Shown piece after piece: positions 50,341-62,309 of a stretch of 64,000 nt of DNA. The translations under genes and the position numbers were made by a program. Where the stretch lies: assembly GCA_013265495.1 (NCBI GenBank), contig MU058781.1:4279050-4343049 (forward strand), given 5' to 3'. Numbering within the stretch: the first letter of the stretch is position 1; each line of letters starts with the position of its first letter. Source of the stretch: Vicugna vicugna. Its lineage: Eukaryota. Below the pieces are notes generated by a model. That model was not told the origin of the DNA and did no database searches. It saw only the letters and a program-made list of their open reading frames with translations.

Positions 50341-53189
50341 TCAAATATCATTCATTGGCTAACATGACGCCTAGCAGACATGTGACATGCAGTAAGTACT
50401 CATTAATTTCCATGGGCCCTGTTAATTACCAGGCTGAGCATGTAAGGGAAAGCTGAGAAGAAACCTGTGGTTTTATTACACGCAGAGGTATATGGTATTG
50501 TCTTTTTTTTTTAGTCTTCTACTTGTTTGGATTTTAGTCCCATCTTTTTTGAAAATGTATTATTCCTTTAGCATCAGATCTTAATGCTGTTGTTTTCTTT
50601 TCTGATAACCACTTCTAATTTTTCTTTTCTTTTCATATGTGTCATATATGTTGCCTTAAATTCTAAGACAGAGACTAGGTGGGCGAATGAACGAATCAGT
50701 AAGATAAGCCTGACACTGGGTGCTGGTGCTGGTGGTGCAATGATGCTGTCACGTCATGGGACCCCATCACCCTCTTCTGTAACATGAAGATAGCATCACT
50801 CCTTGGCCCTCTCTTTCTCATAAGTGTGGAGAGGGTTGTGTGGCCAGTTCAAAGGCCCTTTCCCAGATATCTGGCACAGAAGGAGACTTGCCTGCATGGA
50901 ATCCAGATGGTACTGGGAGAAACAGTGGAAGGGTCCTAGGCACTGTTGAGATGGAAGTAGGGGGTGCTGTGGGGCACTAAGGGAGGGACTACAGAGCAAA
51001 ACTGTGGACCCTGAAGGAGGTGTCCCAGATAGGTATGAAGCTTATTTCTGGGCTCGAAGGGTACTAAGCTGAAGGGAACACTTCTTGGTGAAACTAAGGG
51101 GTGTGTCCATTAAGTGTCTCCAGGCCAACTCCAGGGCAACCTGACCCTGACGAATTATTAATAAACAGACTCAGCAAAGTGTCCGTGAGGGAGAGTTCTC
51201 CCCATCACTGGAAGTATTCAACCACCCTACAGCCCAGGCGGGACGATAAAGAATCTGTTGGGATTCCTATACAAGAGCTTCCTGCGTTGTGTGACTAGGG
51301 GCCAGAGGTATTTTTCATTACCTTAGAATCTGTCGCTATTTGATCAGTCAATTCAGCTCAACAATTAAGTGGGAAGAAAAGGACTCAAACTGATTGTTTT
51401 ACTTTTTTGTAAGAATCGATTGTTCCATGCAGACAAAAATGTTGATCCCATTTTGCATGTGGAGATAGTCAATTTAGAGGAATTGTTCTTGCTGGCTTGA
51501 GCCTAGGGAGACAGAAATTAAATCTGACACTGCAGCAGAGGCTGGCATGTGGGGGAAGTAATGAATCACTGAAATCCTTAGAGTTTTTCCCTTTGGTTCC
51601 TTGGCGTTTTGCATTCTGGTAGCTGTGGCAGAGTGGTGTTAATTATTGACAATTCAATAAACATTAAATCAACATTTGTAATTGGTGGTAATTTGATGGT
51701 GCAAAATCACCAAGTGATTCTCTCCATCCAGGGGAATTGTGGGAGGTGTTGGATGATGGGTTGGCTATAAAAAGTAGCCCTGAGAGCAAGGTTTACCAGA
51801 GTCTGGGGTGGGCATTCTTCCCTTTGGACTCTCAACTCTAACCAGGAAGAACAGAAGCCAGCAGGAATAATGCCCGTGACCCGCGCTGCATGGGAGATGT
51901 TTACAACTGGAAGCATTCATTGCAAGTGCAAACCACCGTTCGTAACTGAGAACTAGATGAAGGGCACAAGGACTGTCTCTGTGTACGTCACATATGCGGG
52001 GTAACTTTGGAGAAAATGCAAAGGATGACGCAAAAAGAAAATCAAGAAGTTCAAAATATGAGGGGAAAAAATTAAAACTAGAGTCAAGAGAAAGAGATCA
52101 AGAAAATGTGTCACAAAACAAGCCAAGGGGAAGAAATTCTTCATCCTCAGAGCTTCGCAGGTAATATGAGACTTGATCAGTGAAGGTGAAGCCCAAGCTT
52201 CCAGAGAAAAACATGGAATGATGAGGAGTGTGACCTATCCCTGGTGAATGAGAGCGAATTCCCTAATGGCTTAAGATGAAAGGTGCGCATGCTATGATGC
52301 TGGGACTCTGCTGAGAAGTGGAGGGGAGTCCTTGTAGAATGGCCGTGACAATTTCTCAGATGAAGTGTTTGGGATGTAACAGGAATTCTTCCAGATTTTT
52401 AAAATTCAGAAACCACATCCATCTTTACTATTCATAGGGGTGTAAATAATGTCACTTGAAGTGACCATAAATACACTTTTAAGGGTTATAAAACTTGAAG
52501 CAAGAAACTGAAGGATTTGTAAGCCCAGGTAGTGTTCTCACTGCTCCTGCAAATCGGTATCTGGGATTTAGAAAGAGAGACAGACGTCGAGGAGGTGAGC
52601 AGTTGACTGCAGGTGGTGTTGGGGGGCAGGATCTAGATTGCTGGACCACGTTTTAGGATGCCAAGATGATGGAATCTCAGCTGAGAATAGAATGCATTGC
52701 ATGAAGACAGGAAAGAAAGAATCTGCCCAGAAACTCACTGATTCAATCAAGAGTGCTTTAATAATTCAAGACTGGCAAAATGTTGATGATCTTTTTAGAG
52801 TAGACACAGAGACATGCTGATTGCCTCTAAGAAAGGATGCTGGGCCCAGCTGCAAAGAGGGTGGTTACAGACAGCTCCTCCTGTTAACTCCTTCAGGTCA
52901 ACCCCAGCTTTTGAGTCAAAGCCATGTTCTTCTCAGAGTAGCCCCAGCCAGTGACTGTGGTTTAAGGGCTTAGCCATTTAAACTGAACATGGGTTTGCTC
53001 CAGACCTCTCCTTTGGGCTAGCAGAGACTATCAGATGTGCACAGAATTCTGACAGCACTTCTACCCAATCCTGCTTCCCCTCTTTTCCTTTCACAAGTGT
53101 GTTTCCTTCTTAACTCCACCTCAGCATCCACATCCCAGAAGTGGTACAGGGAGCAACCCAAGAAAGCAGGCAGTAAGTTGAGGTTTGCA

Positions 53190-53668
53190 CAAAGTCCCCA
53201 TCCACAGATGAATGGACTAAAATATGTGATATATCCATACAATGGAATATTATTCAGCCTTGAAAAGGAAGGAAATTCTGACATACGCTACAACACAGAC
53301 AAACCTGGAAGACATTATGCTCAATGAAATAAGCCAGTCACAAAATGACAAATACTGTATGATTCCACTTATATGATATAAATGGAGCAGTCAAATCCAC
53401 AGAGATAGAAAGCCGAATGGTGGTTGCCATGGCTAAGAGAAGCAGGGAATGGGGGTGGGGGGGTATTGTTTAATGAGTACAGAATTACAGTTTTGCAGGT
53501 GAAAAGAGTTCTGGAGATGGATGGATGGTTGCACAACAGTATGAATGTTCTTAATACCACTGAAATATACTCTAAAATATGGCAAATATATATAAAATAT
53601 ATGAAATATACTTTAAAATGGCAAATTTTATGTTATGTATATTTTACAACGATTAAAGATAAATAAGT
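53190..53668 (+). mobile_element. L1MB-type 3' end inserted into the ERVL internal region
   Basis: atatatccatacaatggaatattattcagccttgaaaaggaaggaaattctgacat...gacaaatactgtatgattccacttatatga...gaaaagagttctggagatggatgg...aaattttatgttatgtatattttac. Confidence 0.9.
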
Positions 53669-53869
53669 AATTTTTAACAGATAAGGTTTAGGGACGGGAT
53701 CACTCACAACTGACTGATAACTGACCACACCCCACATGGTATATGGGTCATGAATATTCTTTGAAACAAAGTTGTAGCCCAACTGCTAACATTTTTACCC
53801 GGGATAACTTGAGAGAATACTGCAGTGGATGGGAAAGCCCTGGCTGGTGCAGTCATTCTGATGTTGGAA

Positions 53870-53877
53870 GCGTGCGC

Positions 53878-53912
<35 letters not shown>

Positions 53913-53944
53913 CGTGTGTGTGTGTGTGTGTGTGTGTGCGTGTG
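53870..53944. repeat. Compound (TG)n(CG)5(TG)n microsatellite
   Basis: 75 bp of uninterrupted purine-pyrimidine alternation. Confidence 0.95.
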
Positions 53945-56130
53945 GCGAGTACAGTATAGGGTCAAGGAAACAATGCTTACAAGTCCAATACAGGTTGCCT
54001 GCTACTAAGTTTCATTGCCATCCTCCAGAGGGATCGTGGTAAGGCAGGGCAGGTAACAAACAACTGAAATTCTAAGTGTGAAGGCCAGAGGGACGCCCAG
54101 GTCCCCGACAAAGAGGCCTTCCTCTCCTGCAGCAGGAGAGCAGAAAAGCTGAAGACCAAGTTCAGAATTTTAATAAGTGGAGCCTCGGCTTCAAAGACAC
54201 AGAGTGCTAAGTCTAGAAATATCTGATATGCCAAGATCAAGGTCCCGATCAGGATAACTTGGGGCTCCGACTCAGGGGACGGGGACAGCTGGGCAGATGC
54301 CCCCAGCATTTGGCTCGTCAGCCTCCTCCAACCTCTCCAAACCTGCAGAGAGGCCATCCTTCATGTAAGAGCTAGCACTTCCTCCGGGTGGGAAGACACG
54401 AAGGAGGTCTCCTCTGTCAGGGCAACAGCCCCCTCTACGCTTCTCACAACCCAGAATCTGCCCCTGCCACCCCTCTTAAGTAGCCAGGTCACTCTCAGCA
54501 TATCCCAGCTGGGGACATACTGGGTCTGATAAAGGGGACGGGGACTCTACCCCCTAAAGATCAGCGCCCCTCTTAAAGCTCTAAACACGCAGGAGTGGTG
54601 GTCCCTAACGTAGCTTGGCTTAACTCCCCAGTCTGACCCCTGCAGAAACTGAGTGGGCTGCTGAAGCAGCCGACGTGCCACCCACAAGCCCCTCCGGATG
54701 CAGCGTGTGCACTGAATCAGACATCTCTACGATGCTGAGTCCCCAGCAGGGGAAACGTGTGAGCCAAGGGATGCAATCAGGAGTGCCCCCTTTACCTTCA
54801 TTCCCAATGATCCACTCGGAATCTTTATGCTTTCTGTCCATGGAATTGTGGGCTTTCCAGGATTAAAAGGCAGGATCCCAAAGGTCCCATTCAACCACAA
54901 TCCAGGGCGACCACTTGGCACTTTGAACTCCAGTGTCCAGTGACCAGCAGGCAAGCAGAGAGGCCACCACCTTGGCACTCATAACTGATCTTGCCCAGCA
55001 GGAAGAAACAGAGTTGCTGTCACACAATGGAGGCAGAAGGAGGCACCCACTTGAGTGCCTCCTGGGCCAACCTCACTCAGTTGCGGCTATAAATGGAAAA
55101 GTGCAGCAAGTTTGGCTTGAGAAGGGTGTGTTTAACAGGGGACTCTGCCAGCTTTGAGGTGTGTGGTCAGCTGGTATCTTTTAACTGTTAATTCCTTCAG
55201 GAAAACAAGAGATCCCAGTCTCCTCAGGATGGCCTCAGACAATGACTAAGTTAGACGGTGGTCCAAGGGCCCAGCCATTTCTGCCAACAAAAGACTCCTC
55301 TGGAGACAATCTTGGCCCTGGGCTCCTCGTTGAACCATGACAAACTGTCGGATGTGCACCACCGTCTCACAGCTCCCTCTGCCCGGTCCTGTTTCCTTCC
55401 ATTCCCTTCCATGGTGTCTCTCCCCAATAAGACCACTGCTCTCCCAGCTCCATCTCAGCACCTGCTTTCTGAAGGAATCAACTGACATACCGCTGAAGCC
55501 AAGTGATTCCGGTGTACTAGTAGTGAGTAGTGTTAAATCTCACTGTATTAGTCTCTCTAAAGTATTTTTGAGCATTTTCACAATAAAATGTTTCTTAAAA
55601 GATAAGAGAACTGAAATGGGGGAAAGGAATGCTTTAAACATAAAGTATAGATGAGGAGAAATAAAAATGCCCAGATAAGTCCATAAAACTAATTGCTCTG
55701 AAAATCAGAAGACATAACATAGGAAAAATAAATAAGAGTGAGTAACGTGTCTGGTGTTTTTTTTTTAACCAGAAAGCAACTGAGCAGTGGGGAACAGAAA
55801 AAAAAAATTGTTCTAATCTTAGAAGTCTTATTTTCATGCTAGTCAGCAGAGCATGAGTAACAAAGTGAACTGGGGGAAATTTGAAAGAAATCCTTACAAG
55901 ATAGGACAATAAATATGAACTTGTTTCATCAAGCTTGGGAGAGGAGAAATATGTTGATGGAAGCATATGCTCTATTCAAGACACATAAGCCTGTTAGAGG
56001 AAGAGATTGACTAGAACTCTAGGCCAAAAGGACAGATATCTTTGTGCAAATCCATGGACCTGTGGGTGGATGTGAGCTGAAAAGCCAAGAGACAAGGGGA
56101 TAGAATAGAAGGCATATGGTTTGGTACAGG

Positions 56131-56296
56131 CCAGTACTTCTTAAATCTGGCCAATCATCAAAACTGTTTAGGGGACCTTCAGGATGTAATTTCTTGAGCC
56201 CCTAGTAAGTCATGAATTCTAGGATTGGAGTCTAAAATGCGCATGTTTACAACTCCTTAAGCAGTTCTGAGGATCATTTAGGTTTGTGAATCCCTA
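56131..56296. mobile_element. MER5-family hAT MITE
   Basis: ccagtacttcttaaatctggcc...tctaaaatgcgcatgtttacaactccttaagcagttctgagg...aggtttgtgaatccct. Confidence 0.6.
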
Positions 56297-56854
56297 ATAC
56301 ACAGACAGGGCCACTAAGCCAGGTAAGTTAAAAAGGCAGTAGGTTCCCAACATATTTTTTTAAATGACTCTGAGCACGATTTGGTAATGACGGGGGATTT
56401 CAACTCTATAAACATCTACGAAAAGCCTCGTTTGGCCCAAAGCAGAGTAGCCTAAAATGTGCCTTGCTAAATATCCAAAAAGATCAAGCATGCAAAAGGA
56501 AAAAATACTGGCCTCAATTTAATTTTGACCTACTAGGATAAAGTAATGTTTATCAGAGAGAATGAGAAAGAAGTCTTAGGGCAAAGGTCACTGAGTTCAC
56601 ATAGTGTGAGCCAACAGGCAAGAAGACAGCATGACTCACAGATAAGATTCGAAGGTAAAGAAAAGCAAAATTCTGAGGCATGAGGAAGGAAGGTCCATTG
56701 CACTCAAAATGTTTCAGAAATTTCTCAAACATTCAAATCTCACAATGCAGATACAATTGAGACCAATGATAAAGAGAAAAAAACAAATCTAAAACAAACA
56801 ACAAAAGCTAGCACACATAACCAGAAACAAACAAAATGAATATGCCACTCCATT

Positions 56855-57019
56855 GTAGTTCCAACTTGGGCTGTCCATTGGGAGACTTCAACAATATATA
56901 AATGCTCCATCACTCCCTGAAGTTGTGATTCAATTTATCTAGGGTGAGAAACCAGCAGAAATCATTTTTTTTAATCTCACCAAGTGATCCCAATATTCAC
57001 TTATGGTTGCAAAACACTG
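56855..57019 (-). mobile_element. MER5A-like hAT MITE
   Basis: caacttgggctgtccattgg...tgtgattcaatttatctagggtg...caagtgatcccaatattcac...ggttgcaaaacactg. Confidence 0.65.
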
Positions 57020-57067
57020 CACTCTGGAAGCTCAGATTTTAAAGGACAGGATGGGAAGAAGGACACA

Positions 57068-57594
57068 AATGTCCATCAACAGGTGACTGGATAAAGAAGA
57101 TGTGGTATGTTTATACAATGGAATACTAATCAGCCATAAAAACCGACAACATAATGCCATTTGTAGCAACATGGGTGCTCTTAGAGAATGTCACTCCAAG
57201 TGAAGTAAGCCAGAAAGAGAAAGAAAAATACCATAAGAGATCGCTCATATGTGGAATCTAAACAACAAAAACAAAAACAAACAAACGAACAAAAACAAAG
57301 CATAAATACAGGACAGAAATAGGCTCATGGACAGAGAATACAGACTTGTGGTTACCAGGGGGGAAGAGGGTGGGAAGGGATAGACTGGGATTTCAAAATT
57401 GTAGAACAGATAAACAAGATTACACTGTATAGCACAGGGATATATACACAAAATGTTATGATAAATCACAGAGAAAAAAATGTGACAATGAGCGTGTATA
57501 TGTCCATGAATGACTGAAAAATTGTGCTGAACACTGGAATTAGACACAACATTGTAAAATGATTATAAATCAATAAAAAATGTTAAAAAAAAAA
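57068..57594 (+). mobile_element. Young lineage-specific (camelid-type) L1, 5'-truncated
   Basis: ORF2 C-terminus WIKKMWYVYTMEY*SAIK...SEVSQKEKEKYHKRSLICGI*, 3'UTR, AATAAA and poly-A; candidate TSD aagaaggacaca (57056-57067) / aagaaagacaca (57604-57615). Confidence 0.93.
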
Positions 57595-59248
57595 GAAGTC
57601 TGTAAGAAAGACACAGATAGAATTTTATCCAAATGGCCTAAGGCGGGCAAACAAACAAAAACTCAAAAAAAAAACCAAAAAAACTTTCAGCTCTTTTTGG
57701 GACTAGTGGGTGATCAGGGACAGGACAGGCAGGCTGTCTGGGAAGAAGTCAAGAGATCTCAGAAGGCTGGAAATGAGTAAATATCCTTCCAATTTTCTAA
57801 AATGGATAGAAAATGGATTCTGTAAACTACGGATGATTGAGCTTGATATGGATCTCAGACAAGATTCCAGAATGTATTACTAAAGCGATGTTATAATAGG
57901 CACCCAAATGACAAAGAAGTGATTATAGGACCCAGCATGGGTTTACAAGAACACATCCCGTTAGTCCGGCCCATTTCCACCCATCAGTGGGGGGTTGGCA
58001 GATAAAGACACTGTTCACTCATTTCCTTCAGGCATCTGGACGATAACAAAACAATTGGTGATGTCTCTAATGATATACTTGTGCTTAAGACAGAGAAAAA
58101 TGGGTCGGATGCTAGAACATTTTAGTGGGTTATTAAGTGTTCAGAAATCATATCCAAAGAATACTCATTAATGGATTGATGTCAAACCTAGTGAGTTATT
58201 CCTAGTGTCCTGGTGATCTGCCAGAGAAACAGTTCACAGCCCTGTGTATGCCTCAATATTTTTGATAGGTTGGAAAGATATGCAAAATCTAAAAATAACT
58301 ACATTTAATAAGGTTAATAATCCAGCACTTGAGTCCTAAAATCTTACAGTACATGTAGAGGAGAAATTCGATATAAAGGCAGCTGAAATTTTTTAAGAGT
58401 CTTGAAAGCTTGAGTCAACAATTAACCCAATACCAGTTAAAAGCGATGTGGCTGCAAAAAACTGAAAGTGACCAACTCTGACTCTAATAAAAGTAGAGAA
58501 TCTATAACAAAGTCAGGGTGGGGGTGGATTTTCAGTCTGTACTGTGTGCTGCTCCGATCATATCTGAAATTTTGCAATCATTTCTGGGTTCCACATTTTA
58601 AAGGTGAGATATATAATCTGAAATATATTTCAGGGAGAACCACCAGCAAGGTGAAGGAACATAAAACCAAGCTATTCAAAGAACAAATGTAGGAATCACC
58701 TTGCTTACTAAGAAAAGACATAGAAGGATAAGATGTCTGTCTTCAGATAATTGAAGGACAGTCTTATGCAAAAGAAATTAAACTTAACTTGTGTGTTCCA
58801 AAGTGCTTAAACTAGAACAAGTACCTGGAAGCCTTGGGAAGGCTGAAAGGCTTTCCGTATGTAGAACCAAACATTAGCAATAAGCTATCCAAAAACGGAA
58901 GCAGCTTCCTCAGGAAGCTGAGTTCTCCATCACTGGTTATATTAGGGCAGAAGCTGGTGCTCACTACCAGGGATGTTTTACAGAAAAATCAGACATCAGA
59001 GAAAACGGAATGACCTTGGAGGACATTTAGATCCTGATAGATCATGGTGCTAAGAATACAGAATAGACTTGTAGAGCAAGAATCACATTATCTCCTAAAG
59101 ACCACAGATTCAAAGGTAGGAGTGCATACATCTCCTACAGACATGCCTCCGATCCATTCCTTGAAAAATAATGGTTCTGGCCTTATTTTACATTATTACT
59201 CATTTGCCTCTTTTCTGCTGGGGGTCTTTAAAAACCATCATCTCTCAC

Positions 59249-59786
59249 TGTATTAAGCATGTCTTATTTTCTGTATTCTGATGCTGTAACATCTGGGGCC
59301 TTTCTGATCACGGAGGCACTGCTCTTTGCATGATTAGCCAGTTCCTAGAGATAGTAAACAACTCTAGGCAAGCTCACTTTTCAAATGCAACCCAACCAGT
59401 CCAGAGCCCAGACCTCTAACTACAGCCTTTATTGGGCTCTCATACTCTGGTCCACTATCCATCTACCCTAATTATCCCAGGGCCAGGTCCCAGACAACGA
59501 GGGCCCCAGAGCCCATCAAAATTATTCAAAGCATCCAATCTTAAGTCCACTTACCTGCTTTGCTCACTCCTTCTTGTGAAACCACTATAAAGGCTATGCC
59601 TACATTTCTCCCATTCCCTCTGCCTCCTGCCAACCCTGGTGCTTCCGCATGTGGCCCTGCAGGCATGCTGTGCCTCTGGTTTCTAAGTAACTGTGAATAT
59701 AAACTTCTTCCTTGAAGACTGGTACTTCCATGTCTCTGTGTATCTTACCAACCTGGTTAAAACAAATCCTGGGTGCCCTTAAAACA
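59249..59786 (+). mobile_element. MER74-like ERVL solo LTR
   Basis: TG...CA termini; tgtattaagcatg...acatctggggcct...agccagttcctagagatagtaaacaactc...cccagggccaggtcccagacaac...aaacaaatcctgggtgcccttaaaaca. Confidence 0.85.
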
Positions 59787-59789
59787 ACC

Positions 59790-60215
59790 AACCAACTTAT
59801 TTCCCTGATTCCTCTCTACCCTTCTTTAGTCTTAGTCTCTACACAACAGCCAGAGGGAATTTGCCAAAATATGTATCAGAACTCATCACTCCCCAGATCC
59901 TTCAGTCACACTTAGAATAAAATCCAAGCTGTCTCCATGCCCACCACATTACATATTCTCGACCCTGCCTGCAGCTCCAGGTCCTCTGGCTGAACCCCTA
60001 ACCATCTCTGCTCATCCGCTCTGCTCCAGCCATGCTGGCCTTCAGCATGTCATGCTCCCTACCGCCAGGCGTTTGCACTTGCTGCTCTCTCGTACCCAGA
60101 TCACCACATGACTTACTTCCTCTCAACTGGTCTCTGCCCAGGTTTCAGAACTCCTGCCACCACCATGTCTGAATACTTTCCTGTATCCATTTTCCTCTAC
60201 CATTTATTCTGCTTT
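59790..60215 (+). mobile_element. L2a fragment
   Basis: tctctacacaacagccagagggaat...cacacttagaataaaatccaag...ctctgctccagccatgctggcctt...gtttgcacttgctgctc. Confidence 0.75.
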
Positions 60216-60344
60216 CTTTCTTTCTTTTTTTCCAGATAAGAAGATACAGGAGTGAAGAGCTGTGAATTGGATATCACGTTCTTCTGGAGTCTCCCCTCAG
60301 ACCCAGCTCACTCTGATGACAAATCCCAGACCTGTGCCCAGACG

Positions 60345-60512
60345 TGACTGCATACATCTCTTCCCAACTCTGAGTTCAGCGACATCAGGGCAGGACTTGG
60401 AAATCAGCCACTGGGGGAGTATTTACATCATGAAGTCAGCAGATGCTACAAATCAAAGAGGGTGTGTGTGTGTGTGTATGTGTGTATGTAGAGGCTTACC
60501 AGCCCACCATTC
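60345..60512 (+). mobile_element. MER63-like hAT-Blackjack MITE containing a short (TG)n
   Basis: catctcttcccaactctgagttcagcgacatc...gaaatcagccactgggggagtatttacatcatg...gctacaaatca...ttaccagcccacca. Confidence 0.8.
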
Positions 60513-60859
60513 CACATACCACTGGCTGCCTCCCCAAGAGACGAGAGATGGAATGGCAAGCCTCGTGCCCTTCCCCTCTCTCCAGTAACTGCATTTAGGA
60601 TAAGGCACAGCACACACTTGTCTTCCCTCATGATTCCCTCCAGAGTCATTATCATCTGTCAAGCAGAACTTTCATTATGAACATTTTCACTCCAAAGAGG
60701 CACTAAACTGCCAAAGTCAGCTGATGCACAACTCTGTGGTCACGTCGTACACAGACAGATCCAGCATTTCTTCACATCTGCTGGCTCCTTCCCCGAATTC
60801 TTAGCTCCCAGCTCCCAAGCTCTTTCATCCCTCCCAGTCCGGATGAAGTCCCTGCTCCT

Positions 60860-61030
60860 GGTGTCAGAGTTAGACTTAGACTTAGACCCACATTGAATCC
60901 TGGCTTCGTCTCTATAGCGTTCCCTCATCATCTATAAAATGGGGATTGTGGTAACACTCAACCACATAGACGTGGTTTGAGGATTGAACTTTGAGACGTA
61001 CGTAAAGCACGCAGCAGTCCCTGGCGTGAA
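60860..61030 (+). mobile_element. MIR SINE
   Basis: ttgaatcctggcttc...catctataaaatggggattgtggtaacac...tttgaggattgaac...cgtaaagcacgcagcagtccctggc. Confidence 0.75.
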
Positions 61031-61509
61031 AGCAGAGGTGGCCACTGGTCCGCACTCTCTTGACAAGCAACTCTGGACACTACACCAACTCCCGGGGGCT
61101 GCCTGCCCTGTCCAGGAATAAGATACATGGTGTAAGTGCCACTCACCACCCCACCTCCTCGATGTTGCTCACATCACTCCCTCATTCTGGAAGGCCTCTC
61201 TCTATCTATTGAAGTCCTATATGTCCTTCAAAACCCTACTCCAACACTGCTGCTACGTGGAATCTTTGCTGCTCCTCCCATTTACAGTTAAACTTCAACT
61301 TCTTTGCTATCTGAGAGGCCACTGGGTGACTCAGATGGCAACCCCACCCTTCCCCACCCCATCTTCTTCACTTTCCCCAAAAGGTGGATAGATCTCCACT
61401 TCTTCGGGCTCAGGTGTACAAAAGCATCGTTACAAGTGTAAATGTGTGCGGAGAGGGATTCACATTTTCCCACGTGGCTGCATCTTCAGTCAGTTCCCAG
61501 CATGGGGTG

Positions 61510-61660
61510 ATCAGAGCACTGTAAGGGCTCCTAGAGGCCATGTACTGACCTGCACCTTCCATAGATGATGAAACTGAGGCCTAGGGAGCCACTTTCCAAA
61601 CGTCACATGGCTGGACTTAGAATCAGGATGCTGCGACTACCTGCCCGATGTTCTGTCCAC
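61510..61660 (-). mobile_element. MIR SINE
   Basis: atagatgatgaaactgaggcctagggag...cgtcacatggct. Confidence 0.65.
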
Positions 61661-62059
61661 CCTGCCAGGTTCCTAGATTAGGACGAAGCCCAGCAGAGGC
61701 AGATTGAGGGACAATGGCTTGAGCATGGAGGGTTTCCAAAGGCTGGTAGGGCTGCCAGGAGGGCAGTATAGCCAGGGCAACATGAGGACATGGGTGCAAG
61801 GGAGGGAAGACAGTCAGGCAAAGGGCTCAGCAGAGTTTCCAGAGCCAAAGTCCTGGAGAGCAATTATCTACTTGCCTCATCCTGTTGTCCGTTATTTTGC
61901 AACCTCCCTACCCACCCCCTTGGCCCGGCCACAAATGGCCACACGCAGAAGGCATCAGCCTGGGAGCCTGTCATCACTCTATTATTTAGGATGTGGGCTT
62001 TATCCATCTCCTGATAGCTGCATGGGTCCTGTCCTTGGAAGAAATCCTGAAGTCTAAAA

Positions 62060-62288
62060 TAGCCGCCCCCAGCTAGCCACCTCTCCTCACTCTCTGCTCC
62101 TTTTGTGCTGCACGTTCTTCAGCTTCAGGGTGCCTCTCATCACTTGAAATAGTTAGTCATTCACTCATTCATTCATTTTCTTGTGTACTGTCTGCTCCCC
62201 CATTGGAGGAAAAGTTTGAGGGTTAGGGACTCTATCTTCTCCTAGGATGTACTAGGTGCTCAATCCATACTGGTTGAATGAATAAACA
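62060..62288 (+). mobile_element. L2 3' terminus
   Basis: ctgtctgctcccccattggaggaaaagtttgagggttagggactctatct...taggtgctcaatccatactggttgaatgaataaa. Confidence 0.75.
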
Positions 62289-62309
62289 AGGGTCCTAGCC
62301 ATATCATAC

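Larger units (their letters stand above)
52800..55487 (+). mobile_element. Degraded, internally deleted ERVL provirus (LTR16A-like LTRs with ERV3-16A3-like internal sequence)
   Basis: Two homologous direct LTRs (about 52800-53140 and 55145-55487); internal start gtggtacagggagcaacccaagaaagcagg; gag-like remnants KEAFLSCSRRAEK (54110-54148) and YAKIKVPIRITWGSDSGDGDSWAD (54227-54298). Confidence 0.75.
55800..59045 (+). mobile_element. L3/CR1 LINE fossil (ORF2 endonuclease to 3' end), interrupted by two MER5 and one L1
   Basis: APE motif DLVMTGDFN (56378-56404); RT-region WK*VNILPIF (from 57768) and QHGF (57933-57944); ORF-track peptide YCVLLRSYLKFCNHFWVPHFKGEI resembles CR1 YSALVRPHLEYCVQFWAPHFKKDI; 3'-end-like gagttctccatcactgg. 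Confidence 0.8.

Noticed and set aside
58468..58692. 74-aa ORF with RT-element-like peptide as a functional CDS
   Set aside because: Decayed fragment of CR1/L3 ORF2; flanking parts carry stops and frameshifts
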